Shown here: positions 12,555 to 25,023 of the stretch, piece after piece
How positions within the stretch are numbered: the first letter of the stretch is position 1
Layout of the letters: each line of letters begins with the position of its first letter
Source: Piedraia hortae CBS 480.64
Taxonomy: Eukaryota
Direction: 5' to 3'
NCBI GenBank assembly: GCA_010093745.1
Contig: MU006014.1
Location: 1-64,000, forward strand
DNA: 64,000 nt
Translations under genes and position numbers: made by a program
Notes under the pieces: model-generated
What the model was told of the DNA's origin: nothing
The model's database searches: none
The model's input: the letters and a program-made list of their open reading frames with translations, nothing else

Positions 12555-12723
12555 TGGTGGGGAGATGGGGGCACCACCAAGGGTATATATCCTTGTGTAA
12601 GGGCGGAAAGGATTCCGCGTTGAAACTCTCCGATGGACGATGGGGAGGGCGAGTCGGGTTATTTGGTTTCGAGAATGCAGATTTGGTGGAGGGTTCTTGC
12701 CACTTGATCAAACTTTTGTGTCA

Positions 12724-12801
12724 TTTTTATTTTTTATTTTTGTTAATTTTTTAAATTTTTAATTTTTAATTTTTAATTTTTAATTTTTAATTTTTAATTT
12801 T

Positions 12802-12843
<42 letters not shown>

Positions 12844-12848
12844 GGGGG
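12724..12848. repeat. (TTTTTAA)n microsatellite followed by T18 and G26 homopolymers
   Basis: Read directly: T run 12805-12822 and G run 12823-12848. Confidence 0.95.
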
Positions 12849-13449
12849 TTTTTGGGGTTGGGGTCGAAGGGGATTTGTGGGTAGCAGCATTGAATGGATA
12901 AAGTTGGGTTGTGTCGTTGGTTATTCGGATGTAGTGGATAGTTGTCCGAAAGTACGGGTTTGGTGATAGTAACCATGACTATTATGGGATGCTGTCACAT
13001 TTGCAAAGGTGAACACTCCTTTTAACATGACTTCTTGATCCATAGTTGTGGGCAGGAGAAGTGAATATGATTGGTTGTGGCTAGATGACGTGTCATTCCC
13101 CAAGTGCTGGGCGCCAAGAACCATGGCTTACAAGTCATGAAGCATACACTTCATGTCAAAAATTCGGAAAGTCCAGCATTCGTAGCCTGCAGCACTCCCT
13201 CGAACGACATTTCAAAAAACGCTTTGTTTGCGCAAACGGTGTGGCGCACGATAACGGTAATTACCGTTTGCTATACACAACCCCGGTCCACTTGGCGTTT
13301 CAGCTTGGGGCTCACGTGCCCGCGTAGTCGAGATTCACGCAAGAGAAGCACGAGAACAGGACGGCGATCGGTCGCGCGTTTTCGCGACCAGGAGGAACGA
13401 ACACGACAGCCAACGACAAGGAGTTTACAACACTGAACACGTATCGAAC

Positions 13450-16265
13450 ATGGCGCGACGCGTGCAGGACATTGACGAGGAGCTCGAGTTCCTAGACGTC
13501 CTCAAGCAAAGCCTAGATGCGGGCGCCGACGACTACGCGGAGCGCACGGCTGAGCTGGAGGCAAAGAAGGCGGGCTTGATGCAAGACAGAGAGCACGTGG
13601 TAGCGGCGGGTAAGGGTGGCGCTGAGGCCGACGTGCAGAACGCGCAAGACAAGGCTCAATGCCACATGCCGGCGCAAGACAGCGCGGGTGACGCATCTCC
13701 CTCCTTATCTTCGCACCGTCACACCCCAGCATCCAGCATGAAGCGCTCCGGCGACTTTTTGTCGGATGACGGCCCTTCGTCCAAGCGCCACACGCCCGAT
13801 GGCTTTCACCAGGCGTCGCCCTACCTCTGGCACGACAACAGCTTCACCAACGGCCACCATCAGAGGCAGCCCGACGGCGGGCCAGGCGATGCGGCTTCAG
13901 CGCCTATGAGTCTGGCGGTTCCGGCCGTCCCCGGCGTCCCATCTTTCAGCAACGGATATGGATTCACCGGCACGCGGCCGACGGCGGCGGCCAACGGATA
14001 TGCAGCGGCAAGCGGGTATCCAGCGCCTAGCGGGACTCAGAGACACGGGTACGGTCATTCGGGGGCTAGCGGGAACGCGACAACCGGCGGCCAGGGACGT
14101 CCAGCGCAGCCGGCGCCCAGGCAGCCCGTCGTCATCGACACGATTGACCTGACCAACAGCGACGACGAGGACGACGTGGCGGTGATTGCGCCGACCAGCT
14201 TTTCGCCCAGCGTCCGCCAGCCATCGACGTCTCTGGCCATCGTTCCCCCGCGTCCCGCGGCGCCGCCCCCCGCCGTCCCGTCGCAGCGCGCGGGAACGTA
14301 CAGCACCTACCGCCTGCCGCCGCAGCCCTCGGCCGCGTCGCGTGTAGCAGCCAGCGCAGCCGCTCGGAGCGCGCCGCCTGCTCCGAGCCAGACTGCCAGG
14401 CCTTTCCCGGGCCAGACGGTTCGACCTGCCCCAAGCCAGAGCATCCGGCCGATGGCGCCCACCGTTCTATCGTCCAGCGCGACCGGCGCTTGGCTTAGCA
14501 ACCCATACCTCGGCGCAAACCGCATGCGCGAGCTGGGCGATCTGATCGGCGCGTCTACCACGTACGGGCTGGACGACTACGACGACGAATGCGACAGCTC
14601 CGACGACGAGTCGCCGGCCGACCCGCGCGGCTCGTGGATGACGTCGTCGTACGGCGGCCTCCCGCACGTGAACTCGGCCTACGCCGGCTACGGCGATCTG
14701 TACCGTGAGCGCCACGAAGCCCTCTCGGCGTACGACCCGTCCAAGACCAAGGAGGAGATCCACGCGCTGCTGAAGAACATCCGACCAGACGAGGACCTGC
14801 CGGCCGATCTGATGGTGCACACGCCCGAGGCCATGGCGGTGAAGCTGCACAAGTACCAGGAAATGGGCCTGACGTGGCTCAAGAATTGCGAGGAGGGCAC
14901 CAACTGCGGCGGGATCCTAGCCGACGACATGGGGCTGGGCAAGACGATCCAGATGCTGTCGCTGCTGGTGACGCGGCCGTCCGACGATCCGGCGTGCAAG
15001 ACGACTCTGGTGATTGCGCCCGTCGCTCTGCTGCGCCAGTGGCAGCAGGAGATCCAGACGCGCATCAGACCCGGCCGCCACGCGCTCAAGGTGCACATCC
15101 ACCACGGCCATGGCCGCAGACGGTCGTTCTCTGCTCTGCGCCGGTTCGACGTGGTGCTGACGACGTACGGGAGCCTCGCGTCGGAGTTGAAGAAAATGGA
15201 GATGTTCGAGGAGCGTCGCGCCCACGATGGCAACGCCCAGCAGCATGACAGCGAGCGCTGCGTGTTGATTGGCGACGAGTGCCGCTGGTACCGCGTCATC
15301 CTCGACGAGGCGCAGTACATCAAGAACGGCAACACCAAGACGGCGCGGGCGGCGATGCGGTTGACTGCCAAGTACCGCTTCTGCATGACGGGAACGCCCA
15401 TGATGAACAACACCGAAGAGCTGTATTCGCTGATCAGTTTCCTGCGCATCCGCCCCTACTGCGAATGGGAAAAGTTCCGCGCCGACTTCATCTCGCCGCT
15501 CAAGAACGAGTTTGGCGATTCCCGTCCGCAGGCGATGCGCAGGCTGCAGACGCTGTGCAAGGCCATCATGTTGCGTCGTACCAAGCAGAGCACGTACGAG
15601 GGCAAGCCCATCCTTGTACTGCCTCCTCGCGAGACCATCGTTGACCAGCCCGTCTTTGACGACGATGAACGGGCCTTTTACAAGGCGCTCGAAGAGAAGA
15701 CTCAGCTGCAATTCAACAAGTACCTCAAGAAGGGAATGCTGGGCAAGCAATACTCTGCCATCCTCGTCTTGCTGCTTCGCCTGCGTCAGGCCTGCTGTCA
15801 TCCCCATCTGATCAAAGACTTTAGCGTGTCAGCCTCGACGGATATCTCGCTAGAGGAGATGATGAGGCTGGCTAGGAGCCTTACCCCCGGCGTCGTGGCC
15901 CGCATCAAGGAGAAGGAGGGCAATTTCGAGTGTCCCGTGTGCTACGATGCGGCTGACAACCCGGCAATCTTCATCCCCTGCGGCCACGACAGCTGCTCGG
16001 ACTGCTTCGCCAAGCTGACCGACACCATGGCCAACATTGCGGCCGGTTCCGATGCCGTTGCAAAGAAGAAATGTCCCGAGTGCAGGCACGAAATCGACTC
16101 CAAGCTTGTCACTGACTTTGAGAGTTTCAAGAAGGTGCATCAGAGGGATTTGATTGAAGAGGACCCCAGGGTTGCTGTCGATAGCTTTGATGAGAGCAGT
16201 AGCGATAGCGATAGCGATGATGATGATGATGACGATGATGATGATGACGATAACGATGCTGATGC

Positions 16266-16301
<36 letters not shown>

Positions 16302-17319
16302 CGATGACAGCAGTGACGAGAGCGGGGATAAGTCGAGTTTTGACGAGAAGGTGGAGAAGGTGGAGAAGGAGGAGGAGGAGGATGAGGAGCCGGATTTTGA
16401 TGAGAATGGCAACCTCAAGGGCTTCATCGTTGCAGACGACGCCTCTACGGATGACGAGGATGATGAGTCTTCAAAGGACGAAGACGACGATGGAGATTTA
16501 GACGATGACCCCCTCAAGAAGTCTGGCCCGGTCAAAGCTAACGAGAAGAGGCCCTGTAGGAGCGAGCCTAAGAAGGGTGACAAGCCCAAGAAGTCCAAGC
16601 GCAAGCCAAAGGAAGGGGAAGAGGCATGCGGCAAGCCACACAAGAAGAAGTCGAAAAAGGCAAAGGGCAAGCGCAAGGCCAAAGAAACGCTGAGCCTCGC
16701 ACAGCTGAAGAACGCATCTGGCAAAAACGCGGCGGCCCGCAAGGCCTACCTTAAGAAGCTAAACAAGAACTGGGTATCGTCAGCCAAGATCGAGAAGACG
16801 CTTGAGATCCTACGCAGCATCATGGAGGAGAAAAGCCGCGAAAAGGTTCTCATCTTCAGCCAATGGACGTCGCTGTTGGATCTCGTCGAGGCCCCCATCA
16901 GTAAAGCTGGGTGGGACTATCGTCGCTACGACGGCAGCATGAACCCCCGTCAGCGCTGCGATGCAGTCGACGACTTCCGCGACGAGCACAAGGACGTGCG
17001 TATCATGCTCATCTCGCTCAAAGCCGGCAACGCAGGTCTCAACCTTAGCATGGCCAGCCAGGTCATCCTCCTCGATCCCTTCTGGAACCCTTACATCGAG
17101 GAACAAGCCATTGACCGCGCCCACCGTCTCGGCCAGAGGCGTCCCGTCACTGTGCATCGAGTGCTCATCAAGAATACCGTCGAGGATCGCATCCTCGCGC
17201 TGCAGGAAAAGAAGAGAAACCTCATTGGCACTGCGCTAGACGAAGCAGCTAGCCAGAATATTGCCCGTCTCGGCGTCGAGGAACTAAGGTTCTTGTTCGG
17301 GATCAGCAACAGCCGTTGA
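13450..17319 (+). CDS. SNF2-family helicase/ATPase with inserted RING finger (Rad5/16-like, Uls1/Ris1/Rrp1-2 type)
   Basis: GGILADDMGLGKT, LDEAQYIKN, CMTGTPMMN, LLRLRQACCHP, RING (CPVC..CGHDSCSDC..CPEC), SLKAGNAGLNL and QAIDRAHRLGQ. The N-terminus carries a SIM-like VVIDTIDLT plus an acidic tract. Confidence 0.92.
16196..16320 (+). repeat. Coding (GAT)n microsatellite encoding a poly-Asp tract
   Basis: GAT/GAC runs in the linker after the RING of the SNF2 gene. Confidence 0.9.
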
Positions 17320-17658
17320 GACGCTGTAAGATAGACGAAATGTTCATGTCAGCCGATAGACTAGATCGAATTTCGAATTCAAAAGTGTGCCAAGCCTTCG
17401 ACGTGATCGAACGTGGTGAGTTTTTGCTAGGAAGCAGCTTAGATGTGATCGCTTACGTTTCGGAGAGCAAGTCTACGGCTGGTTTACGGGATTTTGCACA
17501 TAGATCTCATGCTCCTGACATTCAAATAGCTACATAAAGAATGCAAATCCATTTCGCGGCGACTTCAACTCGTTCTTCGACTCACATCTGTTTCTGTTTC
17601 GCATCTTCTTCCCACGACTGTGCGGGGTCACCGCTTCATCTTTCTTCTTTCTTCCAAA

Positions 17659-18531
17659 ATGGCCTCCAAACTGCTCAAAGCGCCCCTAAAGCTCGCCCTC
17701 GTGCAACTCTCCGCGGGGGCCGATAAGTCTGCCAACCTCTCCCGTGCGTGTTCCAAGATCCGCGAGGCCAAAGCCCAAGGTGCCGACCTCGTCGTGCTGC
17801 CCGAGTGCTTCAACTCGCCCTACGGGACGAAATACTTTCCCAAATACGCAGAAACGCTCGAACCCTCGCCACCAACAAACGACCAATCCCCCAGCTTCCA
17901 TGCCCTCAGCGCCATCGCGCGTGAGACTAAAGTCTGGCTCGTGGGCGGGAGCATCCCCGAGCGTTCACCCGACGCAAAACTCTACAACACCAGCCTAATT
18001 TTCAAACCCGATGGCTCCTTGGCAGACAAACACCGCAAAATCCATCTCTTCGACATCGACATTCCCGGCAAAATCGCCTTCCACGAAAGCGAAGTCCTTA
18101 GCCCCGGGAACAAAATCACCATAATCGACGTGGACGGGTACGGCAAAGTAGCAGTAGCAATCTGCTACGATGTGCGTTTCCCCGAATTAGCCATGATTGC
18201 TGCTCGGAAGGGCGCGTTTCTGCTCGTCTACCCCGGCGCGTTTAACCTCACGACTGGTGCTCTGCATTGGGAGTTGCAAGCAAGGGCTCGCGCGGTGGAT
18301 AATCAAGTCTACGTCGCCATGTGCAGTCCCGCGAGGGATATGGGCGCGGATTATAATGCTTGGGGGCATAGTCTGATTGTCAATCCGAAAGCGGAGGTTA
18401 TGGCGCAGTTGGGTGAGGAGGAGGGGGTTGTGTACGCGGAGTTGAAGGGGGAGGTTATTGACGAGACGAGAAAGGGAATTCCGATTTATGAGCAGAGGAG
18501 GTTTGATGTTTATCCAGATGTGAGTCAGTAG
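17659..18531 (+). CDS. NIT3: Carbon-nitrogen hydrolase, omega-amidase (yeast Nit3/human NIT2 type)
   Basis: Catalytic triad motifs LPECFNSPY, HRKIHLFDIDIPG and AICYDVRFPE, plus ARAVDNQ, AWGHS and QRRFDVY. ATG at 17659. Confidence 0.93.
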   Translation: MASKLLKAPLKLALVQLSAGADKSANLSRACSKIREAKAQGADLVVLPECFNSPYGTKYFPKYAETLEPSPPTNDQSPSFHALSAIARETKVWLVGGSIPERSPDAKLYNTSLIFKPDGSLADKHRKIHLFDIDIPGKIAFHESEVLSPGNKITIIDVDGYGKVAVAICYDVRFPELAMIAARKGAFLLVYPGAFNLTTGALHWELQARARAVDNQVYVAMCSPARDMGADYNAWGHSLIVNPKAEVMAQLGEEEGVVYAELKGEVIDETRKGIPIYEQRRFDVYPDVSQ

Positions 18532-18539
18532 GGGAGGGC

Positions 18540-18624
18540 NNNNNNNNNNNNNNNNNNNNNNNNNNNNNNNNNNNNNNNNNNNNNNNNNNNNNNNNNNNNN
18601 NNNNNNNNNNNNNNNNNNNNNNNN
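18540..18624. other. Assembly gap (N run)
   Basis: Run of N. Confidence 1.
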
Positions 18625-18686
18625 AAATGGGTGGTTGTTGGGAGATGGGGAGGGGATGTTGAGGCATCCTACTTTATCCTATCGTT

Positions 18687-21675
18687 ATGTCGTCCGATGA
18701 GATTAAAACTTTTCGAAGACGGTTGCCGTGGCTTCAGGATAGGAGGGTTCTGTCTGAGGGGACGGCGGAAATTCAGCCCGTGCAGTCTCAGTCTGTTGAT
18801 GTGCCGTCCCAGCCTGATGTTGCATCCAACCCTCCGTCAGAGTACAGTTCCAGTTCGCCGGTCAATATTCAGCGTCATGATCTAGATGGGCGGTATGACG
18901 ATGACGATGTCTCGCCTTCGTCGAGAATGCCAACTTTCGAGGAAGAGGGACGAGAACGTCTCGAACAGGAGAGACAGCCCGCTCCAAGAGTCCATTTCCA
19001 AGACCCAGGACCGTCAATTCTGAGAAAATCGTCTTACCAGCCTCAATTCACCACCGCTCCACCACGTAGTCGGTCTTTTTCCGATCGAAGACGAAGCTCC
19101 GCCGTGCCAAGAGTATCGCCAAAAAGGAACAGCATCGATCCAAGCCAGGAAAGAAGGCCAACTCTAACCCAACTGCCTCCCCACCTCGAAGAGAGCTCCG
19201 ACGAGGATGATGATGATGATGAAGACGACGATGTCATTGAACTGGCTGAGCTCGAACACGGCCGTCCTCGACGATCATCATCCCTTCAGGCACAATATCG
19301 TCCTTCGATCTCTAGGATTACCCCTCGTCGTCAGTCCCAACAGGCCCTCAGCGAGACTATCGACGACATGGAAGACCTCATGGACGAAGCCGTCTCTCTA
19401 GCCAGAAACGCCTCGATGCAGGGCAGACCAGACGACGTCAAGGACATTTTCGACTCTGCTACAAGAACGGTCCGTCGGGCAAGTTCTGCCTTGCCTGGGG
19501 AGGCGCCCGCGCCGGGAATTGGAGTCCGTGATTTCGCAGACCTAGACGTCCATGAACATCGTGGCTCGGTGAGCATTCCTACAGCAGAAGACGCTGAGCT
19601 ACGTCGTCGATCAAAGGCTTCCATTTCGCAGCCACCAAGGTTCCCTCGACGGGGCACGCAGCAGAATGAAATTAGGCCTGATTATGTTGGAGAATTTCTG
19701 GACGACTTGCAGGAGAATCACCCGGATACGATGCAGGACATCAAAGATGAGTTTAGGCCTGTGCTTACTTTGCCCGAGGACACTGGGTTGGATTTTGATC
19801 TTGGCGGTGTGGGCAAGTTTTTCACGTCAGGCAAACGTCGGAACAAGCGTCAACCTATTGCCAGGCTGTGGAGCATGAGTCGCAAACGCCTCGTCGCGAT
19901 CGTTGCGTGTCTGAATACCATCTTCATCGGTCTCGTGTCTGGCATCTACGCCGGGGAAGTTCCGAAAATGCAATACCAAATCGCAGATACCGAACATAGA
20001 GTCATTCTCGGCAACGTGATGCTCTTCCTCGGTCTTGGGCTGTCAACCCTCCTCTTCTGGCCCTTGCCTCTTCTCCACGGCAGGAAAACTTACATCCTCC
20101 TCGGCTTTGCCATCCTCCTCCCGCTGCAATTTCCCCAAGCGATGGTCGTATCCTCCTTCCGCGCCCCACGAACCCTCTGGCGCGTCGGACTCCTACTCCC
20201 ACGCATCTTCTCCGGAATCGCCTTGGGGTTCATCAACATCAACACCCTCCCCACCTTGTTCGACCTCTTTGGCTGCTCCTTGATGCAAACATCCCCCCAC
20301 GAAGAAGTCGTCGACACTTTTGACATCCGTCGCCAAGGCGGCGGCGTAGGGATCTGGCTAGGCTACTGGTCCTGGGCCTTTACCGGTTCCCTATCCCTCG
20401 GCTTCGCCACTGGCGCAGCCATCATTTCAAAACTCCACTCCTCGTGGGGATTCTACATCACCGTAATTCTCCTCGCCATCGGGTGTGGAATCAACGTCCT
20501 CGTCCCAGAAACAAGAAAAAACTCCCACCGGGGTTCACTGCTAACCTACCTCGACGAGAAAGAACGTCTCCGTCGCACAATCGCGCGAGGGGAGGTGAAA
20601 CTCCACATGGAAAATACCGGACCGAAATATGCCTAGGAGGAATGTTTCGCTGGTGTAAGGCTCATGACGCGTATGATCCTCCAACCTGGTTTCGCTGCAC
20701 TGGCGATCTACCTCGCTTGGGTCGTTGCGCAGGTAACGCTCATCATCCTTGTATGTCTCTCTCCCGTCCCTACGGGGGAGGTGCTAACTCCCTCCCTACT
20801 AGTTCCTCGGCGCCTTATTATCGAGGGAATACATCTGGCACTCCCAGTACGTCGGCCTTGGCGTCCTGAGCGTTGCCATCGGCGCTGCGTTAGCGATCCC
20901 ACTCTCCAAAGCTTCCTTCTTCTCGAGAGCGAGAGTCACGCCTCCGCGGAGCGACTCTATGACTCTAACCACCCCCTCATCTTCCTCCGGTGGTGGCTTG
21001 AAGGGATTCCACTGGACCTCCCACCTTCTCCGCCGCATTCTCTTCACATTCACCCTGCCCCTCGCGGCAGCGTGTTTCGCCGCCACAGCCGCCGGGCATC
21101 CCATCCCGGCCATAGTCCCCATCCTCGCCTGCGGCGCAGTCGGCTTCCTAACCAACCTCGCCGTCGCGGAAGTCGTGGGAATCGTAATGGAGGCGTTCGA
21201 CACTTCGGACCTCCAACCCGGCGTTAATTCACGACATAGGGTAGAGTCACTCCCTACGGTCGTGAAGAGGAGGAGGACGAATTACTCCTCCTTTCCCCGC
21301 GTCTGCGCGGGCGTGTTTCTCGCCCAAGGGGTGGGTTGGTGTTTCGCTGCTGCTGCGACGGCTGTGAGTGGGACTGTGACGAGGGCGATCGGGGCGCGGA
21401 AGGCGGTTGGGATTACCGCGGGTGTGTTGTTCTTTTTTACGGTGCTTTTTGCTGCTGTGATGGTGAGGTTTAGGAGGGTGAGAGTTGTGCCGGATCAGGC
21501 GTGGGGGGAGGAGGTTTTCAGGAGGGAGAGTTTGAGGAACGACCCCCAAGGGGAGATGGATTGGAGACCGGTTGTGGTGGGGAATCCGTCGGGGAAAGAG
21601 AGGAGGGTTAATCTTTTGGAGATGGGACAGTGGACTAGGTGGAGTGAGATTAGGAGGTTGAATCGGTTGTTGTGA
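18687..21675 (+). CDS. Large MFS transporter-like protein (long disordered N-terminus, ~978 codons) with one in-frame TAG at 20634-20636
   Basis: Exon 18687-20750, phase-0 intron 20751-20802 (GTATGT...GCTAAC...TAG), exon 20803-21675. It encodes multiple TM helices and the motif WPLPLLHGRK. The frame stays open and TM-coding on both sides of the TAG (GPKYA*EECFAGVRLMTRMILQPGF). Confidence 0.82.
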
Positions 21676-22027
21676 GGGGAGGGTTAGGGAGGGGAGGGAT
21701 GCTTCGCGGGTGAATTGACTGACCTAGGGATGCTTCGTGTTTCTTTGGCTCCTGGGATTACCTGTGAGATTTAGATATATTCTTCGAGAGAGTGTTTGGC
21801 TTCCTTGGGGTGTTTGATTTCCCAGTGGGTTTCTGTTCTGAGGGGGTTTCTTGTTGACGTTGTGGGTCGTCTCCAAGACGCATTGCCGTTTCGTGGACCG
21901 CTTTCGAACGGTGAAGAGACTTGCTTCCTGAAATCCTATCGTTGTGATGGGTTTTTCTCAACGTTTCGCAAAGCTCTCCCGTCTGACATTCCCAGTGCAC
22001 GAGCTAAGCCGGCCCGAGCCTAGTGGC

Positions 22028-22390
22028 ATGCCAAGAGCCCAAACTTTTTATCGTGTTGTGCGAGCCCCACTATACTCTCTTTCTTCTTTCAACACCCACG
22101 CCTTGATAACATTGTCGTGGGCGGTCTCGGTGGCCGAGGGCCAAGCCGGCCGTGGTTGAAACTGTATCTGAGATGCGAGCGGAGAGGTATAAGCGCGCCT
22201 ATACCGAGGGTTCTGTTATGATAGATTAAGGTTTCCCAGCCGCGCATACGCGATAGTCATGCATCTGCCGACCCAGATTCAGGGAACAACCATGGGACGA
22301 GATAGATAGCCCGTAACTAGAGGACCTCAAACGGGTATTTCGACTAGATTTTCTTTGCCAGTTTGTTACACCGGCAATAAAGATCTTGAA
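22028..22390 (+). repeat. Diverged dispersed repeat, copy A (copy B at 40632-40990)
   Basis: Collinear shared blocks ATGCCAAGAGCCC..CTTTTTATCGTGT, TACGCGATAGTC..CTGCCGACCCAGAT, GCCCGTAAC and TGTTA.ACCGGCAA.AAAGAT. Confidence 0.8.
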
Positions 22391-22939
22391 CAGCCCATCG
22401 AGAAGTATGTCGACCGTGTGCAAAGGCAACAGACACGACAACTGGATTTACTACACACAAAAATGTCCATGAGGCGTGCCTAAGTCAAGCCTGGACACAG
22501 CAGATCGATCTAGCATGAGAGTTTGGTTAGCTATATCAAGGAGATGCTGTATCAAAGCGTCTACAGATGCAGAGTTCCAGGTACTATGCACGACCACGCA
22601 GAACTTCCATGCCTCCTTCGCAAGCTTCCGAGCGCAATGCATCGCCCTCCACAGAGACTTGCCCTACGAAGCGATGGACCATTGTGCCATGCTCTGGTGC
22701 AAATACCTCCCGAACGCTCTGAAACATGACCCTGCCGTATCTGAAAACGACCGTAACACTTACCTGACTGCCTGTGATCACGAGAATCAGACCTTTACAC
22801 AGGTTGATCAAGTTTTGGCCAACATCCTGGATCGTATGGTATGTCTGCTCAACAAAGCTGCATATCTTCCACTTGGACATGTGGGATTGCTCGTCGACGC
22901 CAGCGTCCATCAGCGTGACCTCAGTCGAAGATTTTGCAG

Positions 22940-23360
22940 CCAAGCTTAAGTACTTCTACCAAGACCCTGGCAAAACTCAGCACGCCGGCCGCGAACTAGA
23001 ACGCATGTACCAGCGAAATACTCCATTCGCAATGTTCCCTCGCCGGTTCGAAGAAATTGATGGCGGATTCATCATATGCCATCAACCCAAAATCAGTGTG
23101 GAGGATGATCTTGCAATAGAAGATGCTGATCGAGCTCCGCCAGGGGCTGGTAAAGTGTCAAGCGATTATTCGGCATTCGTGGCATTCGTCCGTGAGAAGA
23201 GATCTTGCCGCGCCACGACGGCCGCCCAGATCCCTCTTCTTTTCAAGCTTACATCAACCACGCACTACGGTGCGTTTTAGACCAGTTCTGCACGGCATAC
23301 ATGAATGACATTTTGATATGGAGCAACTCCCACAGCCAACATGGTGAACAGGTACTAACG
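22940..23360 (+). mobile_element. Ty3/gypsy LTR retrotransposon relic (gag and RT fragments)
   Basis: Gag-like KLKYFYQDPGKTQHAGRELERMYQRNTPFAMF..RFEE, and RT core PSSFQAYINHALRCVLDQFCTAYMNDILIWS..H with YxDD degraded to YMND. Confidence 0.8.
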
Positions 23361-24673
23361 CAAAGCTTGAGACTGCATCATGCAAAGAGGATGGAACGCT
23401 CGTGTGGCCGACATGCAACGTGGCCGGAGCTACTGCGGGTTTTGGAAGCCCGAACGCATTTCTTTGGAAGCCCCAAGGCTTGATTAGTCGCTGCGTCTTG
23501 GCCAGCTCCACCTTATCGGGTTTGGAGACGATGTGCTCCGAGATAGGGAATTCAAGACGAGGAGGAAATCTTTCTTCCAGACTCACCGTGAAACAAAGCT
23601 ACGAGGTCTGGCAAAAGGTCATTCTTCCAGAGAACTCCCAGGATGATGTGAGTCTACTGTTTCTATTTCATTCGGCGTCAGCTAACAGTGATAATAGTTA
23701 CATATTTCCGGAAAAAGTTGTTCGGACCGGTTCATCTACATCGCACAGGCCTTACTGGATCGCAATGGTCGGGTGTACTTGATGTCCGATGATTTGCACC
23801 ACGAAGCCATGGCTAGTTGCGTCTCGCCCTTACTGGGCTTGGAGACGATGTCTTCAAAGATGGAAAAATATGGCGTCAGAAGGCAACCTGGTCAGACGAC
23901 AACTGAGGTACCTAGCTTTGTCGTAAACCCAAAATTCGATGTCTAATCATTTTTCCAGACCATTCCAAGGATGACAGACACCATTCAGTGTCTGTCAACA
24001 GCAACATACGGCGCCGGCGGCTGACGACCACCCTGAAGAGTCTGCAGCCATCGCAGACGCAGGCAAAGGAGTGGGTCCATAACTCGAACCACAACGAAGC
24101 CAATGGCAATCTACCCGCCCAGTCCTCTGAGGAGCTACGGAATCCTACAAATCCTGACCATCCAGCAGATTCCGCCGAAAATCAAGGGAACAAGAGATCA
24201 AGGCCGGCGAGGAAAGTCAGATTACCTCCGAAAGATCAAAAGAACTGTACCAAGAACTCGGCAGCCGTTGCGCAAACTTTTTCCTGCGCGGCGCCGACGC
24301 ACACCATGAAAGAAGGATCGACAGCAAGAACAAGACCGCCGCTATATAGGACGGATTATGAAAATGCCCGGGAAACCCGGATGTTATGGCTGTATGATGC
24401 CATGGAACTACCGCGCAGAGCCCTGTCATTGCCAGCACCGGGAAGATGATCGTCGTGGCGTGTCTGGGCCAACTAGCCGACGAACCCACTCAGGAACGAA
24501 TGGGTGAAGGTTGCAGCGCCACTACAGCAACGGGTTCAAGCGGCGAACGATAATACTGTCGGCCACTGGACCAAGGGCGTGCATCTGCGCCGCGATCGCC
24601 GCCGCCGAGGCCCTGATCTGTGGGCTACGTCCCGAGTTCTTTTCCTCTCGGGAAGGGTGGCTCGCCATCGACG

Positions 24674-25023
24674 GCTTCGGAGCGCGAGAACATGATCGAC
24701 TCCACGACCGAGCTCCTCTCGACTTGTGCGTTCGGTTCTTTCGATCATTGCGACGTGGGCGATGTGGAAGCAATTGTGGAGGCGATTGATTGTGGGCCGG
24801 CCAGTACACCCTGTACATCGCACAGGCATTGCTGATTCGCAGTTCACTATCCAGCAGACTTCAAACCCCGACCCAGATTCCGCCGAACGCGCGCAGCTTC
24901 GGAGCGCGAGGACATGATCGACGTCACGAACGACACCCTCGCGAGTCATACGCACCATCAACTCGTGCATTCGGGCTTCTTCGACCACTACGACGAAGGG
25001 GATGTTGAAGCACTCATGGAGGC
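24674..25023 (+). repeat. Diverged tandem duplication (~222-240 bp period)
   Basis: GCTTCGGAGCGCGAG.ACATGATCGAC occurs at 24674 and 24896; GATGT.GAAGCA.T..TGGAGGC occurs at 24761 and 25001. Confidence 0.8.

Noticed and set aside
12745..12805. Telomeric repeat
   Set aside because: TTTTTAA is not TTAGGG-like and lies between two genes.
14467..17157. Long antisense ORFs over the SNF2-RING gene (and similar ones over RRP7, THG1, amylase and SWR1)
   Set aside because: Shadows of GC-rich, codon-biased CDSs with no family motifs.
20595..20636. 42-nt intron (GTGAAA...TAG) that would remove the MFS stop
   Set aside because: Weak donor, no CTRAC branch site unlike the other introns here, and it would delete protein-like loop residues. 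Not excluded without cDNA.
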